DNA of 63,326 bases, counting the filler, from Candidatus Woesearchaeota archaeon (GTDB lineage Archaea > Nanobdellota > Nanobdellia > Woesearchaeales > J072), in assembly GCA_003695265.1 (NCBI GenBank). It is 10 parts of 10 records of this genome, joined end to end, with 100 filler letters (N's around TTAATTAATTAA, not from the genome) between each part and the next. Parts side by side here need not be neighbours in the genome. Positions count along the whole stretch, not along the records: positions 1 to 13,409 come from RFII01000054.1; 9 more parts are not named here. One strand, written 5' to 3'. The translations under genes and the position numbers were made by a program. Below the pieces are notes generated by a model. It did no database searches, had not been told where the DNA came from, and saw nothing but the letters and a program-made list of their open reading frames with translations. Below, one piece after another: positions 1-9,815 of this stretch. Numbering within the stretch: the first letter of the stretch is position 1; each line of letters opens with the position of its first letter.

Positions 1-95
1 ATATTATTATTAGAATAAGATTTTTTCATTAAAGAAAGGTTTATATACGATTTAATACAAAATGAGACTTAACAAAATAATGAGAGGTGCAAAAA

Positions 96-1049
96 ATGTT
101 TGAGCGCTTAAAGTTATCAATGCACATTGGGTCTTCTAAACGCATGGCTAACAGAGTGAAGCACCTTGTAAGACATGTTGCTCATGAAGTTCATAAATTA
201 GAGGGAATAGACAAAGAAATTTCTGAAAGGATTGCAAAAGGAGATGTTGATGGAATAAGGGACATGTACTTGAAATTCCTTGCTGAGTGCGGACATGAGG
301 AGGAAGACTTGGCAAAGATGAAGGAAAACCTCTTTGTGGTTGAGCACAGGACAATAAAACACATAGAGGAAGTTGAGCAAAGGCTTGCAAGGCTAAGAAA
401 GAGCAACAACTTAACTGAAGAGCAGCGTCAGCAAGCAGAGCAGGAACTTAAGGAGGTACACCAGGCTTTCTCAAGAATTGTTGATGCGCTGAGAAGAGAG
501 AAATGGAAGGCGCGCGACTTGAAAAGACAGCATGAGCGCTTCAGGGACAAAACCATCTTGCCAAACGCCTTGATATTCCACACATTAAGGGTTTGCTCAA
601 GGCATGAAAAGCGCGAGGCAAGAGACGAGCAGAAAGAGGCAAAAAGGATTCTTGACGAGCTTCATGATATTATGAACGCTCTCGAGCAAGGCGCACAGCC
701 TAGCGAAAGTCCTGACCAGGAAAAGAAAATTCATAAGGGAATGAAACCAGAGGATGTTGCCAAGCTTTTCAAAAAATTAAAAGAAGATATTCAGAAGTAC
801 GAGCACGTGATACTTGAGGAGTTTAAGGACGCAATAAAGATGGAGGATGAATTAATAGTGCTTTCGTTCAGGCTTCTTGACATGAATGAGGAAGAGATAA
901 AAAAACTTCATGAGTTATTGCAGCAAGGCTTCCCGAAAAGCATTGCTGATGAGATAGACAGGAAAGAGCGAGAATTCATAAACAGCCTGCAGGAAGAGGC
1001 AAGAGAGGAATATAGATATGCAAGAGCTTTGTTTGGAGAAGCGCATTAA
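96..1049 (+). CDS. Hypothetical charged, His-containing coiled-coil protein
   Basis: About 317-aa ORF; GAGGTG RBS before ATG 96; E/K/R/H-rich heptads; no TM and no recognisable motif. Confidence 0.8.
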   Translation: MFERLKLSMHIGSSKRMANRVKHLVRHVAHEVHKLEGIDKEISERIAKGDVDGIRDMYLKFLAECGHEEEDLAKMKENLFVVEHRTIKHIEEVEQRLARLRKSNNLTEEQRQQAEQELKEVHQAFSRIVDALRREKWKARDLKRQHERFRDKTILPNALIFHTLRVCSRHEKREARDEQKEAKRILDELHDIMNALEQGAQPSESPDQEKKIHKGMKPEDVAKLFKKLKEDIQKYEHVILEEFKDAIKMEDELIVLSFRLLDMNEEEIKKLHELLQQGFPKSIADEIDRKEREFINSLQEEAREEYRYARALFGEAH

Positions 1050-1081
1050 CAAATATTAACAAAAAGGGTAAAAGCAACAGA

Positions 1082-1384
1082 TTATTTGCAAGTAACAGAG
1101 CGCATTATTCTTGGATTTTTTGCAAGGTACTCGTCAACTTCTGCTTTTGTTTTGCCTTCTTCTGCGCCCTGCTCGTAGAAGTACTGCTTGCAGTCATCAA
1201 CTGAGGAGCAGCTAATCTTCATAGGAGCAAGGATTGTTTCAGTAGTCAATTTTCCTGAAGAAGAATCATAATTGCTCATTTCCGCTTGTTTATAACATTG
1301 CTTATCTAAAACAACTTGGCCAGTTATTTTACCACATCCAGCAAAAACAATTAACACAATCAAAAGCATTAACGTTAGTTTCAT
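1082..1384 (-). CDS. Small predicted lipoprotein / secreted Cys-containing protein
   Basis: MKLTLMLLIVLIVFAGC lipobox-like signal followed by ITGQVV; four further Cys. Confidence 0.75.
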   Translation of the reverse strand: MKLTLMLLIVLIVFAGCGKITGQVVLDKQCYKQAEMSNYDSSSGKLTTETILAPMKISCSSVDDCKQYFYEQGAEEGKTKAEVDEYLAKNPRIMRSVTCK

Positions 1385-1415
1385 TTTACAGAGGAAGAAT
1401 AATTGAATATTTATA

Positions 1416-1478
1416 AATGTTTTCTTGAACCCGAATCAGCGAGCAGGGTTCAAGGGGCCGGGCCACTTGTAAAACATT
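1416..1478. repeat. Intergenic palindromic element with overlapping hairpins
   Basis: CTTGAACCC(1424-1432)/GGGTTCAAG(1446-1454); alternative hairpin CAAGGGGCC-G-GGCCACTTG (1451-1469); flanked by AATGTTTT/AAAACATT. Confidence 0.55.
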
Positions 1479-1521
1479 ATTTATGGTAAAGTCAATTTTG
1501 TTGAGTTAAAAAATAATAAAG

Positions 1522-1545
1522 ATTTTTAGTCCCGCCCACACCACC
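1522..1545. repeat. Dispersed C-rich intergenic motif, copy 1
   Basis: TTTTTAGTCCCGCCCACACCACC, near-identical to 13516-13539. Confidence 0.55.
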
Positions 1546-1631
1546 CCCTCAACACCAAAACTTACCTCACACAAGTTGAATTAACCTTATTTACTAACAT
1601 TTTAAATACCAGAACACATTCCCCAAAAAAA

Positions 1632-3314
1632 ATGTCAAAAGCATATTATGATGAATTGATTGGCACTTTAAAAAAAAAGAAATTATCTAAGGAGCAGATT
1701 TCTAAGCTAAAAGTAAAGCTTTGCAGCAAGCACAAACTAAAGCAGCCACCAACAGATATTGAGGTCATGATGCAAGCAGATGAGAAGGACCTGAAAATTC
1801 TGCAAAAACAATTAACAACAAAGCCAACAAGATCCGTCTCAGGGGTTTCAGTAGTTGCTTTAATGACAAAACCAATCAAATGCCCTCATGGCAAGTGCGT
1901 TTACTGTCCCGGAGGTCCGGGATCAGTGTTTGGGGACGTGCCTATGAGCTACACTGGAAAAGAACCAAGCACTATGCGCGGCAAAAGAAACAATTACGAC
2001 CCTTACTTAATGGTGTTTAACAGGCTTGAGCAGTACGTTGTCATGGGGCATAGCTGCGACAAGGTTGAGCTGATAATTCAGGGAGGAACATTTCCAAGCT
2101 TCCCAAAAGCTTATCAGGAGGATTTTGTCAAGTACGCTTTTAAGGCCTTGAATGATTTTGGCGAGCTGTTCTTCAGCAAAGGCAGGTTAGACATAATAAA
2201 ATTCAAGAGGTTTTTTGAGCTTCCAGGAAAGGTTGGGAGCAAGAAAAGAACACGGGCAATACAGAAGAGAATTCTTGAGCTGAAAGGCAGAACAACCCTA
2301 AGAAGGGAGCATGAGAGGAATGAGAAAGCAATGATAAGGTGCGTTGGCCTGACAATTGAGACGAGGCCTGATTATGGAAGGGCAAGGCACGGCCTGGAAA
2401 TGCTTAGGCTTGGGGCAACGAGAGTAGAATTAGGCATCCAAACAACGAATGATAAAATACTTGAAAAAGTGAACAGAGGGCATACTGTCAAGGAATCCGT
2501 TGATTCTATCAGGGAGCTGCGCGACCTCGGCTTTAAGCTGAACTTTCATGTAATGCCCGGCTTGCCCGGCTCGACAAAAAAGAGTGATATCATGATGCTT
2601 AGGGAAATGTTCATAAACCAGGATTACAGGCCTGACATGCTCAAGATTTATCCCACGATGGTCATGCCTGGAACAGGGCTGCATGAAATGTATAAGAGGG
2701 GTGAATATGAGCCTTTGTCAACAATGGACGCTGCTGAGATAATAGTCTCAGCCAAAAAATTCTTTCCGGAGTATGTAAGGGTAATGCGAATCCAGCGCGA
2801 CATCCCAACAAACATAGTGTCTGCAGGGGTAAAAATGACTAATCTGAGGCAGTACGTGCATGACATGATGAAGAAAATGGGAATAAAATGTAGGTGCATA
2901 AGGTGCCGTGAGCCAGGCCGCACAAAAAATATTGGGCAGGTGAAGATTTACGTTCAGGAGTACATGGCCAGCAAGGGCTTGGAATTTTTTATATCAGCTG
3001 AGGACAAGAAGAACGACATTATTTTGGGGTTTTGTAGGATGCGCTTCCCTTACAAAAGCCTGCACAGGGCAATAACGATGAAGACAGCCTTGATAAGAGA
3101 GCTTCATGTTTATGGCACAGCAGCCCAGATTGGAAGAAAAGGAAGCATTCAGCACCGAGGCTATGGGAAAAAGCTGCTGAGAAAAGCAGAAGAAATAGCG
3201 AAAAAGCACGGCATGAACAAAGTCGTTGTGATAAGCGGCGTTGGAGTAAGGGAATATTATTATAAGCTCGGCTACAAAAAAGAATCATGCTATGTTTCAA
3301 AGAGGTTGGCTTAA
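1632..3314 (+). CDS. elp3: Elp3 tRNA U34 carboxymethyltransferase (radical SAM + GNAT/KAT)
   Basis: CPHGKCVYC radical-SAM motif, QGGTF, ETRPD, RIQRDIP, CRCIRCRE, RELHVYG, QHRGYGKKL, ISGVGVREYY. Confidence 0.96.
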   Translation: MSKAYYDELIGTLKKKKLSKEQISKLKVKLCSKHKLKQPPTDIEVMMQADEKDLKILQKQLTTKPTRSVSGVSVVALMTKPIKCPHGKCVYCPGGPGSVFGDVPMSYTGKEPSTMRGKRNNYDPYLMVFNRLEQYVVMGHSCDKVELIIQGGTFPSFPKAYQEDFVKYAFKALNDFGELFFSKGRLDIIKFKRFFELPGKVGSKKRTRAIQKRILELKGRTTLRREHERNEKAMIRCVGLTIETRPDYGRARHGLEMLRLGATRVELGIQTTNDKILEKVNRGHTVKESVDSIRELRDLGFKLNFHVMPGLPGSTKKSDIMMLREMFINQDYRPDMLKIYPTMVMPGTGLHEMYKRGEYEPLSTMDAAEIIVSAKKFFPEYVRVMRIQRDIPTNIVSAGVKMTNLRQYVHDMMKKMGIKCRCIRCREPGRTKNIGQVKIYVQEYMASKGLEFFISAEDKKNDIILGFCRMRFPYKSLHRAITMKTALIRELHVYGTAAQIGRKGSIQHRGYGKKLLRKAEEIAKKHGMNKVVVISGVGVREYYYKLGYKKESCYVSKRLA

Positions 3315-3353
3315 TCGCAATATTTTTAAAGCGTTAAGCTCATCATTTTGTTT

Positions 3354-5165
3354 ATGGCTGTTGAGATTGGGAATCCCCTGGGCTGGTACGCTTTTTTGAG
3401 TGCTGCCTTGCTCTTTTTGCTGTATCTTATAAGGCCTAAGCCTTTCAAGACAGTCATACCATCAATTTTGTTCTTGGAAAAGGACAGAGTGAGCAAGATG
3501 AAGAACTCGTTTTTCAGGAGGCTGCTGCTGGAAATGCTGTTCTTCCTGCAGCTCCTAATACTCTTATTTCTTTCCGCCTCTACGCTAATGCCTTATACAA
3601 TGGTAAGCAGAGACGTTGTTGAGAAGGATGTCATAATGGTTATTGACGCTTCGGCAAGCATGAAAACATTTGAGCATGGAGGAACAAGGTTTGAGAAAGC
3701 AATTGATTATGCTATAAAAAAACTTGGCTCGAGCAACACTATAATACTCGCGAAAAGCATACCAAGCATAGTGCTGGATCATGAAGATGCCGGCACTGCT
3801 AAGAAGATGTTAAAGAGCTTGCAGGCAGGCGACTCAAGCACGGCATTAGGAGATGCTATACTAACAGCTGGTGACATCGCAAAAGGCAATGAGAGGGTTA
3901 TTGTCGTGAGTGATTTTATTAACACGCACGGTTCAGATCCAATCTCAGCAAAGAACCTTCTCGAGTCAAAAGGCCTGAGCGTCGAGTTAAAGAATGTGGG
4001 CACAACAAGGGACAACGTTGGAATAGTTGACTTGAGCATTGAGAAGAGCAATGCTGTTGTTTTCATAAAGAACTTTAATGATGAGCCCAGAAGAGTAAAG
4101 CTTAAGAACACAGAAGACGAGATTGAAATAGCTCCGAATTCTATTGAGTCTGTTACTTTTCCGTTAGGAAGCGGTGTTACGAAGATTGAGCTTGACTACA
4201 AGGACGATTTTGAGGTTGACAACACTGCTTTTGTGAGCATGCCCTCAAACAAGACTATTAGGGTTTTGTGGATAAGCAACAAGCAGACTTCTTTTGTGAG
4301 GAAAGTGTTTGAGTCGATGCCTAACGTTAAATTAGATAGAGCTGAGCCTCCTATCATACCAGAAATAAGCCATGACATAATCATAATAGACAATATTAAA
4401 AAGGAATCTTTGCTGCCGGGAACGTTTGACGAGATATCAAGGGCTGTTGAGGGCGGCTCAAGCCTGGTGATTGTGGCGCAGGACTTAATAGGAACAATTG
4501 ATTTTAAGGGATTGCTCCCAGTTGTTATTAATGGGGAGAACAAGACAAAAGCAAAAATTTTGAACACAGGCGTTTTTGATTCTATAAAGGAAATAGATTT
4601 TGGTGTTTCCTCAAAGTACTTGGTAGCTGAGCCTGTTTTAGGGTCAACAGTTGTTATTGCAAAGACCAACCCTGAAATCCAGAACTCAAGCATAATAACA
4701 TTAACAGACAGAGGAGCCGGCAAAATTTTGTATTATGGGATTTTTGATGAGGAAAACAATTTTAAGCTGTCTCCTGATTATCCTTTGTTCTGGCATGAAA
4801 TGGTTAATGTTCTTGCGAACAGGGAAAAAGCCAGTTATCTTAACAGGAGAATCGACGAGTTTCTCATTCCTAAAGAGGGGGAAGTAATAGAAACGCCTTC
4901 AGGCAAGACTGTTGAGGGCACAATCCTTATTGATGAGGTCGGCGTTTATAAGGTAGGCTCAGCCAGGATAGCAGCGAATCTTCTTAATGAGAAGGAATCA
5001 AACATAAACTTAGAAAGCACTGATATAGATATATCTGAGATTGAGGCTCCTATGCTGAGGTCAAAGGCAAAAGTGAAGTTTGAGTACGCGTCCTACCTTA
5101 TAGGAATCGCGATAATCCTCATTTTTGCCGAGCTGTTTTACGTGAAGAGAAGAGGTGACTTTTAA
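3354..5165 (+). CDS. BatA N-terminal / vWA-domain membrane protein
   Basis: N-terminal LLYLIRPKP...IPSILFL BatA-like double TM; MIDAS DASAS; C-terminal TM ending ELFYVKRRGDF. Confidence 0.85.
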   Translation: MAVEIGNPLGWYAFLSAALLFLLYLIRPKPFKTVIPSILFLEKDRVSKMKNSFFRRLLLEMLFFLQLLILLFLSASTLMPYTMVSRDVVEKDVIMVIDASASMKTFEHGGTRFEKAIDYAIKKLGSSNTIILAKSIPSIVLDHEDAGTAKKMLKSLQAGDSSTALGDAILTAGDIAKGNERVIVVSDFINTHGSDPISAKNLLESKGLSVELKNVGTTRDNVGIVDLSIEKSNAVVFIKNFNDEPRRVKLKNTEDEIEIAPNSIESVTFPLGSGVTKIELDYKDDFEVDNTAFVSMPSNKTIRVLWISNKQTSFVRKVFESMPNVKLDRAEPPIIPEISHDIIIIDNIKKESLLPGTFDEISRAVEGGSSLVIVAQDLIGTIDFKGLLPVVINGENKTKAKILNTGVFDSIKEIDFGVSSKYLVAEPVLGSTVVIAKTNPEIQNSSIITLTDRGAGKILYYGIFDEENNFKLSPDYPLFWHEMVNVLANREKASYLNRRIDEFLIPKEGEVIETPSGKTVEGTILIDEVGVYKVGSARIAANLLNEKESNINLESTDIDISEIEAPMLRSKAKVKFEYASYLIGIAIILIFAELFYVKRRGDF

Positions 5166-7549
5166 TGCAGCTGTTCAGGTACACTTTGGAAAGGCCTGAA
5201 ATGCTTTGGCTAGTGATTCCTATTGCAATAGTCCTTTTCTTACTTATCAACAAGACTTTTGTAAGGGATGAAAAGAAGAAGGACACTAAAGTGACAAGGC
5301 TTATGATGTTCCTGTCCAGAATGATGGTATTATTACTTCTCGTAATAGCGCTCAGCAGCCCAACGATAAAGAGAACAGAACAGGAGCAAGGAGACCTCAC
5401 AATAAAGTTCTTTATTGACAATTCCACTTCAATGGAGTTGTTTGACCTCAGTGAGATAATTGAGCTTGAGGAAGGTCTGAGCAAAAAAGTACCTGTTGAC
5501 CTTGTCGTCATTAACAGCAGGGATTACACAAGGCTAGGAGATGAGCTGCTCAAGCGCATAAAGCCAAACCAAAACATTATATTAGTTACTGATGGAAGGA
5601 ATAATAAGGGGACAGAGCTGAGCGAAGTAGTAACGTTTGCTTCCTCAATAAACTCTTCAATAAATACTTTTGAGATTAATGAAGTGAAGGATGATGCTTC
5701 TGTCGTTATAAAAGGCCCTTCAAGAATTGTGCCTGAGTTCCCGCAGGATTACAAGGTCGTGATTAACAAGGTTGGTGACGTTGGCGAAGTAAGGCTTAAA
5801 GTTGTTTTGGACAACGCAACAATATATGATGATTTTGTGGAGAAAGATGAGGTTGTTTTTTCGAAGTCGTTCTCAGAGGGAAAGCACGCTTTCAAAGCTC
5901 AAATAACAGCTTCAGGCAATGATTATTTTGATGAGAACAACGTTTTTTATAAGACGGTGAACGTGATTCCCAAGCCGAGAATACTTTTCGTGCCAGAAGG
6001 TAATTACCCAATTCTTAAAATACTTCATGAGTTGTATGAAGTGAAGGAAAGCCCTACTTTACCTAGGAATGTTTCTTCTTATTATGCAGTGATTCTTGAT
6101 GACCGCTCAATAGCGGATATCACTGATAATAATGTGAATGCGCTGATTGATTATGTGAGCAACGGTGACGGCCTAGTGGTTATTGGAGGGAAGAACTCTT
6201 TTGAGCGCGGCGGCTACGACAAGTCTCTTTTTGAGAATCTGCTGCCGGTTTACGTTGGTGAGGCAGGAAAGAAGGAGGGAACATTAAACATTGAGGTTGT
6301 CATGGACATATCAGCCAGCACTGGCGGCTTAGTCGGAGAAGACAGGGACAAGGGCATTGACATTGAGAAGGCTATCACAGCCTCAGTACTTGATGATTTG
6401 AGAAAAGACGCGAACGTCGGCGTTGTTGTTTTTAACCAGAACGCTTATGAATTATCCAAGCTTACGCCGTTGTATTCTAAGAGAGGATTGAAAGATGATT
6501 TGATGATGGTCCAGGACTCTGGCGGCACGAACATTTACGTCGGCTTAAAGAAAGCTATTGACGAGCTGGAAAAGTCTATAGGCACAAAGGTAATAATTCT
6601 TATTTCTGACGGCGCAACCAGCGACCCGCAGCTCGCTTTCAGGGCGGCAAGCAAGGCTTCTGAGAAGGGAATAAAGATTTACACTGTTGGAGTTGGCAAC
6701 GCCTTAAAAGATTCTCATTATGAGGAGATAATGAAGAGGATAGCTGAGCTGGCTAACGGCGCTTACTTCAGGCCGGACAATAAGGAGAAGATAAGAATCC
6801 TTTTTGGGGACAAGGAAGAGGGTGTAGAAACAGACAAGCTCGTTGTAATAAATGAGGAGCATTTCATAACTAAAAGCCTTGACTTGGACGCAAGCGTTTC
6901 CGGATATAACAAGGTCGTGCCGAGGTCAACGGCAAACCTTCTCGTTTCTAACGGACAGGCTGACCCAATACTTACTGTTTGGAGGTTCGGCCTTGGAAAA
7001 GTGGCTGCTCTCTCCACTGATGATGGGAGGTTCTGGGCTGGCGAGCTCCTTAAAGGTGAGAGTTCTAAGCTGATAAGCAGGGTGGTAAACTGGGCGATAG
7101 GAAACCCTGAGAAGAAGAATGAGTTCTTCCTAAACGTTCCTGACGGAAGGATAGGTGAGGAGTCAGAGATAATCATAAAAACTAATCAAATACCTGTTTA
7201 TGAAGGGCTTGAGTTTTACAAGGAGAAAGGCAATGTTTACAAGTCGTCTTTCATTCCTAACAAGACAGGCTTTGTGGATGTTCTGGGGCAGCCGGTTGCA
7301 GTGAATTACCCTGTTGAGTACCAGGACTTAGGTTATGACGAGAATTTTAAGGATTTGATAAGGCTGGCCGGCGGAGACGTGCTTGAGAAAGATATAAATA
7401 TTATTGTGAACACCATAAAGAATCGTTCGCGCAGAGAAGTAATCAAGAGTTCAAACGAGGCATGGGTTTTTGTGTCTTTTGCCTTGCTGCTTTTATTTTT
7501 GGAATTTGCTGCGCGCAGGATAAGTGAGATTCAAAGAAGAAAAGTATAA
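5165..7549 (+). CDS. vWA-domain membrane protein (two vWA-like domains plus GATase-like domain)
   Basis: N-terminal TMs; DNSTS and DISAS MIDAS motifs; TDG/SDG; GLVVIGG..SF..GGY GATase-like segment; C-terminal TM. Confidence 0.85.
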   Translation: MQLFRYTLERPEMLWLVIPIAIVLFLLINKTFVRDEKKKDTKVTRLMMFLSRMMVLLLLVIALSSPTIKRTEQEQGDLTIKFFIDNSTSMELFDLSEIIELEEGLSKKVPVDLVVINSRDYTRLGDELLKRIKPNQNIILVTDGRNNKGTELSEVVTFASSINSSINTFEINEVKDDASVVIKGPSRIVPEFPQDYKVVINKVGDVGEVRLKVVLDNATIYDDFVEKDEVVFSKSFSEGKHAFKAQITASGNDYFDENNVFYKTVNVIPKPRILFVPEGNYPILKILHELYEVKESPTLPRNVSSYYAVILDDRSIADITDNNVNALIDYVSNGDGLVVIGGKNSFERGGYDKSLFENLLPVYVGEAGKKEGTLNIEVVMDISASTGGLVGEDRDKGIDIEKAITASVLDDLRKDANVGVVVFNQNAYELSKLTPLYSKRGLKDDLMMVQDSGGTNIYVGLKKAIDELEKSIGTKVIILISDGATSDPQLAFRAASKASEKGIKIYTVGVGNALKDSHYEEIMKRIAELANGAYFRPDNKEKIRILFGDKEEGVETDKLVVINEEHFITKSLDLDASVSGYNKVVPRSTANLLVSNGQADPILTVWRFGLGKVAALSTDDGRFWAGELLKGESSKLISRVVNWAIGNPEKKNEFFLNVPDGRIGEESEIIIKTNQIPVYEGLEFYKEKGNVYKSSFIPNKTGFVDVLGQPVAVNYPVEYQDLGYDENFKDLIRLAGGDVLEKDINIIVNTIKNRSRREVIKSSNEAWVFVSFALLLLFLEFAARRISEIQRRKV

Positions 7550-7559
7550 TAATATTATA

Positions 7560-8069
7560 ATGGCATTCATAAAGAAGAACACAACACTGATTTTAGTGGC
7601 GTTAATAGTTGTAACGCTGATTTTTTTCACTGTTTCCACTTATTTTTATCACGACAAGTTAAGAAAGGTCACACAAGAGTTGGAAGATAAAAAATTAGAG
7701 GCAAAGAACTTGGCTGACGAGCTTAATTATTATGTTTCCAGGCTTAACCAGACAAAAAAGGACCTTGTTACAAAGCAGAAGAGAGAGGAAGACTTAAGCG
7801 GCAAGTATTTGAGCATAAAGTCAGAGAACGACGAGCTTAAGCTGAACCAGACAAAGCTGATTAATGATTTGAAAGACAAGAATGAGAAAATAATTGAGCT
7901 AACGCAGGAAGTCACTGATTTAAACTCTGAGCTCTCAAGAAAAGACGCACAGATAAACGCTTACCAAACAGACATTGATGAGCTTGAAGATGAAATAGCC
8001 TGGTGGGAGGACCAGGTGGATGATATTTGCAGCCAGGCAATAAACAGCGAAAACATAAGTGGTTGCTGA
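7560..8069 (+). CDS. Membrane-anchored coiled-coil protein in the MoxR/vWA operon
   Basis: N-terminal hydrophobic helix, long heptad repeat, two C-terminal Cys. Confidence 0.8.
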   Translation: MAFIKKNTTLILVALIVVTLIFFTVSTYFYHDKLRKVTQELEDKKLEAKNLADELNYYVSRLNQTKKDLVTKQKREEDLSGKYLSIKSENDELKLNQTKLINDLKDKNEKIIELTQEVTDLNSELSRKDAQINAYQTDIDELEDEIAWWEDQVDDICSQAINSENISGC

Positions 8070-8872
8070 TGATAGACAAAAAAAAAGTAAAAAACATTTT
8101 TTCGGAAATCAAGAGAGATTTTGTTATATTATCATTTCTGGATTCAATAGTTTTCGCTGCACCTTTCTTCTCAGTTTTCTTCCTATTGTTAATGTTCACT
8201 CCGTGGAACGTTCTTTACTCGTTAATTCCAGCGATGATTGCATTAGTTTATTCTTTTGTAAAATCTTATCACGTTGACCGCCTCCGCCTTATAGAGAAAA
8301 AGTACCCTGAGCTTAATGAGAAGTTAAGAACAGCAAGAGATAATATTAATGAGAACACAGTTGTCATGCAGCACCTTAACAAAGAGGTTATAATGTATAT
8401 TAGAAGAGTAGACCTCGCATCTTTTGTTGATGCGAGGAGGCTTTTCACAAAATTAGTAATATGTTCTGTATTCTTATTCGCGATAGTGTTCTTGTCAACA
8501 TTTAATGTTAACGCCCAGGACATAGGTGAAAAGATTACAAAGCCGTTGGGAATTGCTTTCGGCGATGATTTTTTTGGAGATATGCCCGAGCCTAACAAGA
8601 CAGATGACCAGTTAATTTTGGGCAAGCCGTCAATAGCAACTTTGGGAAACAAAAAACTTGATTTGAGGATTAATGTTATGGAGTCAGCAATTGACATAAC
8701 AAATGTGAAAGAATCAAAAGTTGAGGACTTTGAAGAAAATTATCCTAATGAGGTTGACGTTTACGCTCAAGAGCTTTCTGAGGAGAAAGCGCTGAGCGAT
8801 ATTCAGAGGGATGTTGTAAAGAATTATTTCAGCTCTATACATAAAGAATCAACTCTTAAAAAAATTAAGTAG
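8069..8872 (+). CDS. Membrane protein of the MoxR/vWA operon
   Basis: ATG overlaps the previous TGA; three TMs with IEKKYPELNEKLRTARD motif. Confidence 0.8.
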   Translation: MIDKKKVKNIFSEIKRDFVILSFLDSIVFAAPFFSVFFLLLMFTPWNVLYSLIPAMIALVYSFVKSYHVDRLRLIEKKYPELNEKLRTARDNINENTVVMQHLNKEVIMYIRRVDLASFVDARRLFTKLVICSVFLFAIVFLSTFNVNAQDIGEKITKPLGIAFGDDFFGDMPEPNKTDDQLILGKPSIATLGNKKLDLRINVMESAIDITNVKESKVEDFEENYPNEVDVYAQELSEEKALSDIQRDVVKNYFSSIHKESTLKKIK

Positions 8873-9814
8873 GTGATTAATGTGCAAAAGGTTAAAGCAA
8901 AATTCAGCCAGGTGTTTAATGAAATATCAAAAGTAATTGTGGGGCAAGAGGATGTTATAAAGCAGATTATGATTGCAATGGCGTGTGATGGAAATGCCCT
9001 TCTTGAAAGCTACCCTGGCCTTGGAAAAACCCAGATGATCAAGGCAATAGCGCAAGTTATGGATTTGAAGTTCAGCAGGATACAATCAACTCCTGACCTG
9101 ATGCCCTCTGACATAACCGGAACGTATGTTCTTGAGGAGAAAGGAGGAAGAAGAGAGTTTAATTTCCATAAAGGACCTATATTTGCGAACATAGTGCTGG
9201 TTGACGAGATAAACAGGGCAACTCCAAAAACTCAGTCAGCTCTTCTTGAGGCAATGCAGGAGAAGCAAGTGACTGTAGGAACACAGACTTTTAAGTTGGA
9301 TAAGCCGTTTTTTGTTCTTGCCACGCAGAACCCTATTGAGATGGAAGGCACCTACCCATTGCCGGAAGCACAAACTGACCGATTCCTTCTGAAGATAAAG
9401 GTTGATTACCCTTCTGAACAGGAGGAGCACCGCATCATGGAAATGTACGGCACTGACGCAAGATTAAGTAGTATTGCAAAACACCTTAACGCAGAAGCCC
9501 TTGCTGTAATACAAAACCTTGTCAGGCAAGTCCCAATAGCAAATGACTTGAAGCAATACATTATAAAAATAGTTCATAAAACAAGGAATTTTAAGGAAAT
9601 GATTGAGTATGGGGCTTCTCCCAGAGCAAGCATTGGTCTTATTCTTGCGAGCAAGGCGCATGCCCTGATTGAGGGAAGGAACCATGTGAGCAAGACAGAC
9701 ATTGAGGTAATGGCTTACCCTGTGTTGAGGCATAGGATAATACTTAATTTTGAGGCAGAGCGCGCAAACGTCTCAACTGATGACGCTATAAAGAAAGTTT
9801 TGGAAAAAGTTTAA
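8873..9814 (+). CDS. moxR: MoxR-family AAA+ ATPase
   Basis: Walker A YPGLGKT, RIQSTPDLMPSDITG, DEINRATPKTQSALLEAMQE, ATQNPIEMEGTYPLPEAQ, GASPRA. Confidence 0.95.
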   Translation: MINVQKVKAKFSQVFNEISKVIVGQEDVIKQIMIAMACDGNALLESYPGLGKTQMIKAIAQVMDLKFSRIQSTPDLMPSDITGTYVLEEKGGRREFNFHKGPIFANIVLVDEINRATPKTQSALLEAMQEKQVTVGTQTFKLDKPFFVLATQNPIEMEGTYPLPEAQTDRFLLKIKVDYPSEQEEHRIMEMYGTDARLSSIAKHLNAEALAVIQNLVRQVPIANDLKQYIIKIVHKTRNFKEMIEYGASPRASIGLILASKAHALIEGRNHVSKTDIEVMAYPVLRHRIILNFEAERANVSTDDAIKKVLEKV

Positions 9815-9815
9815 G

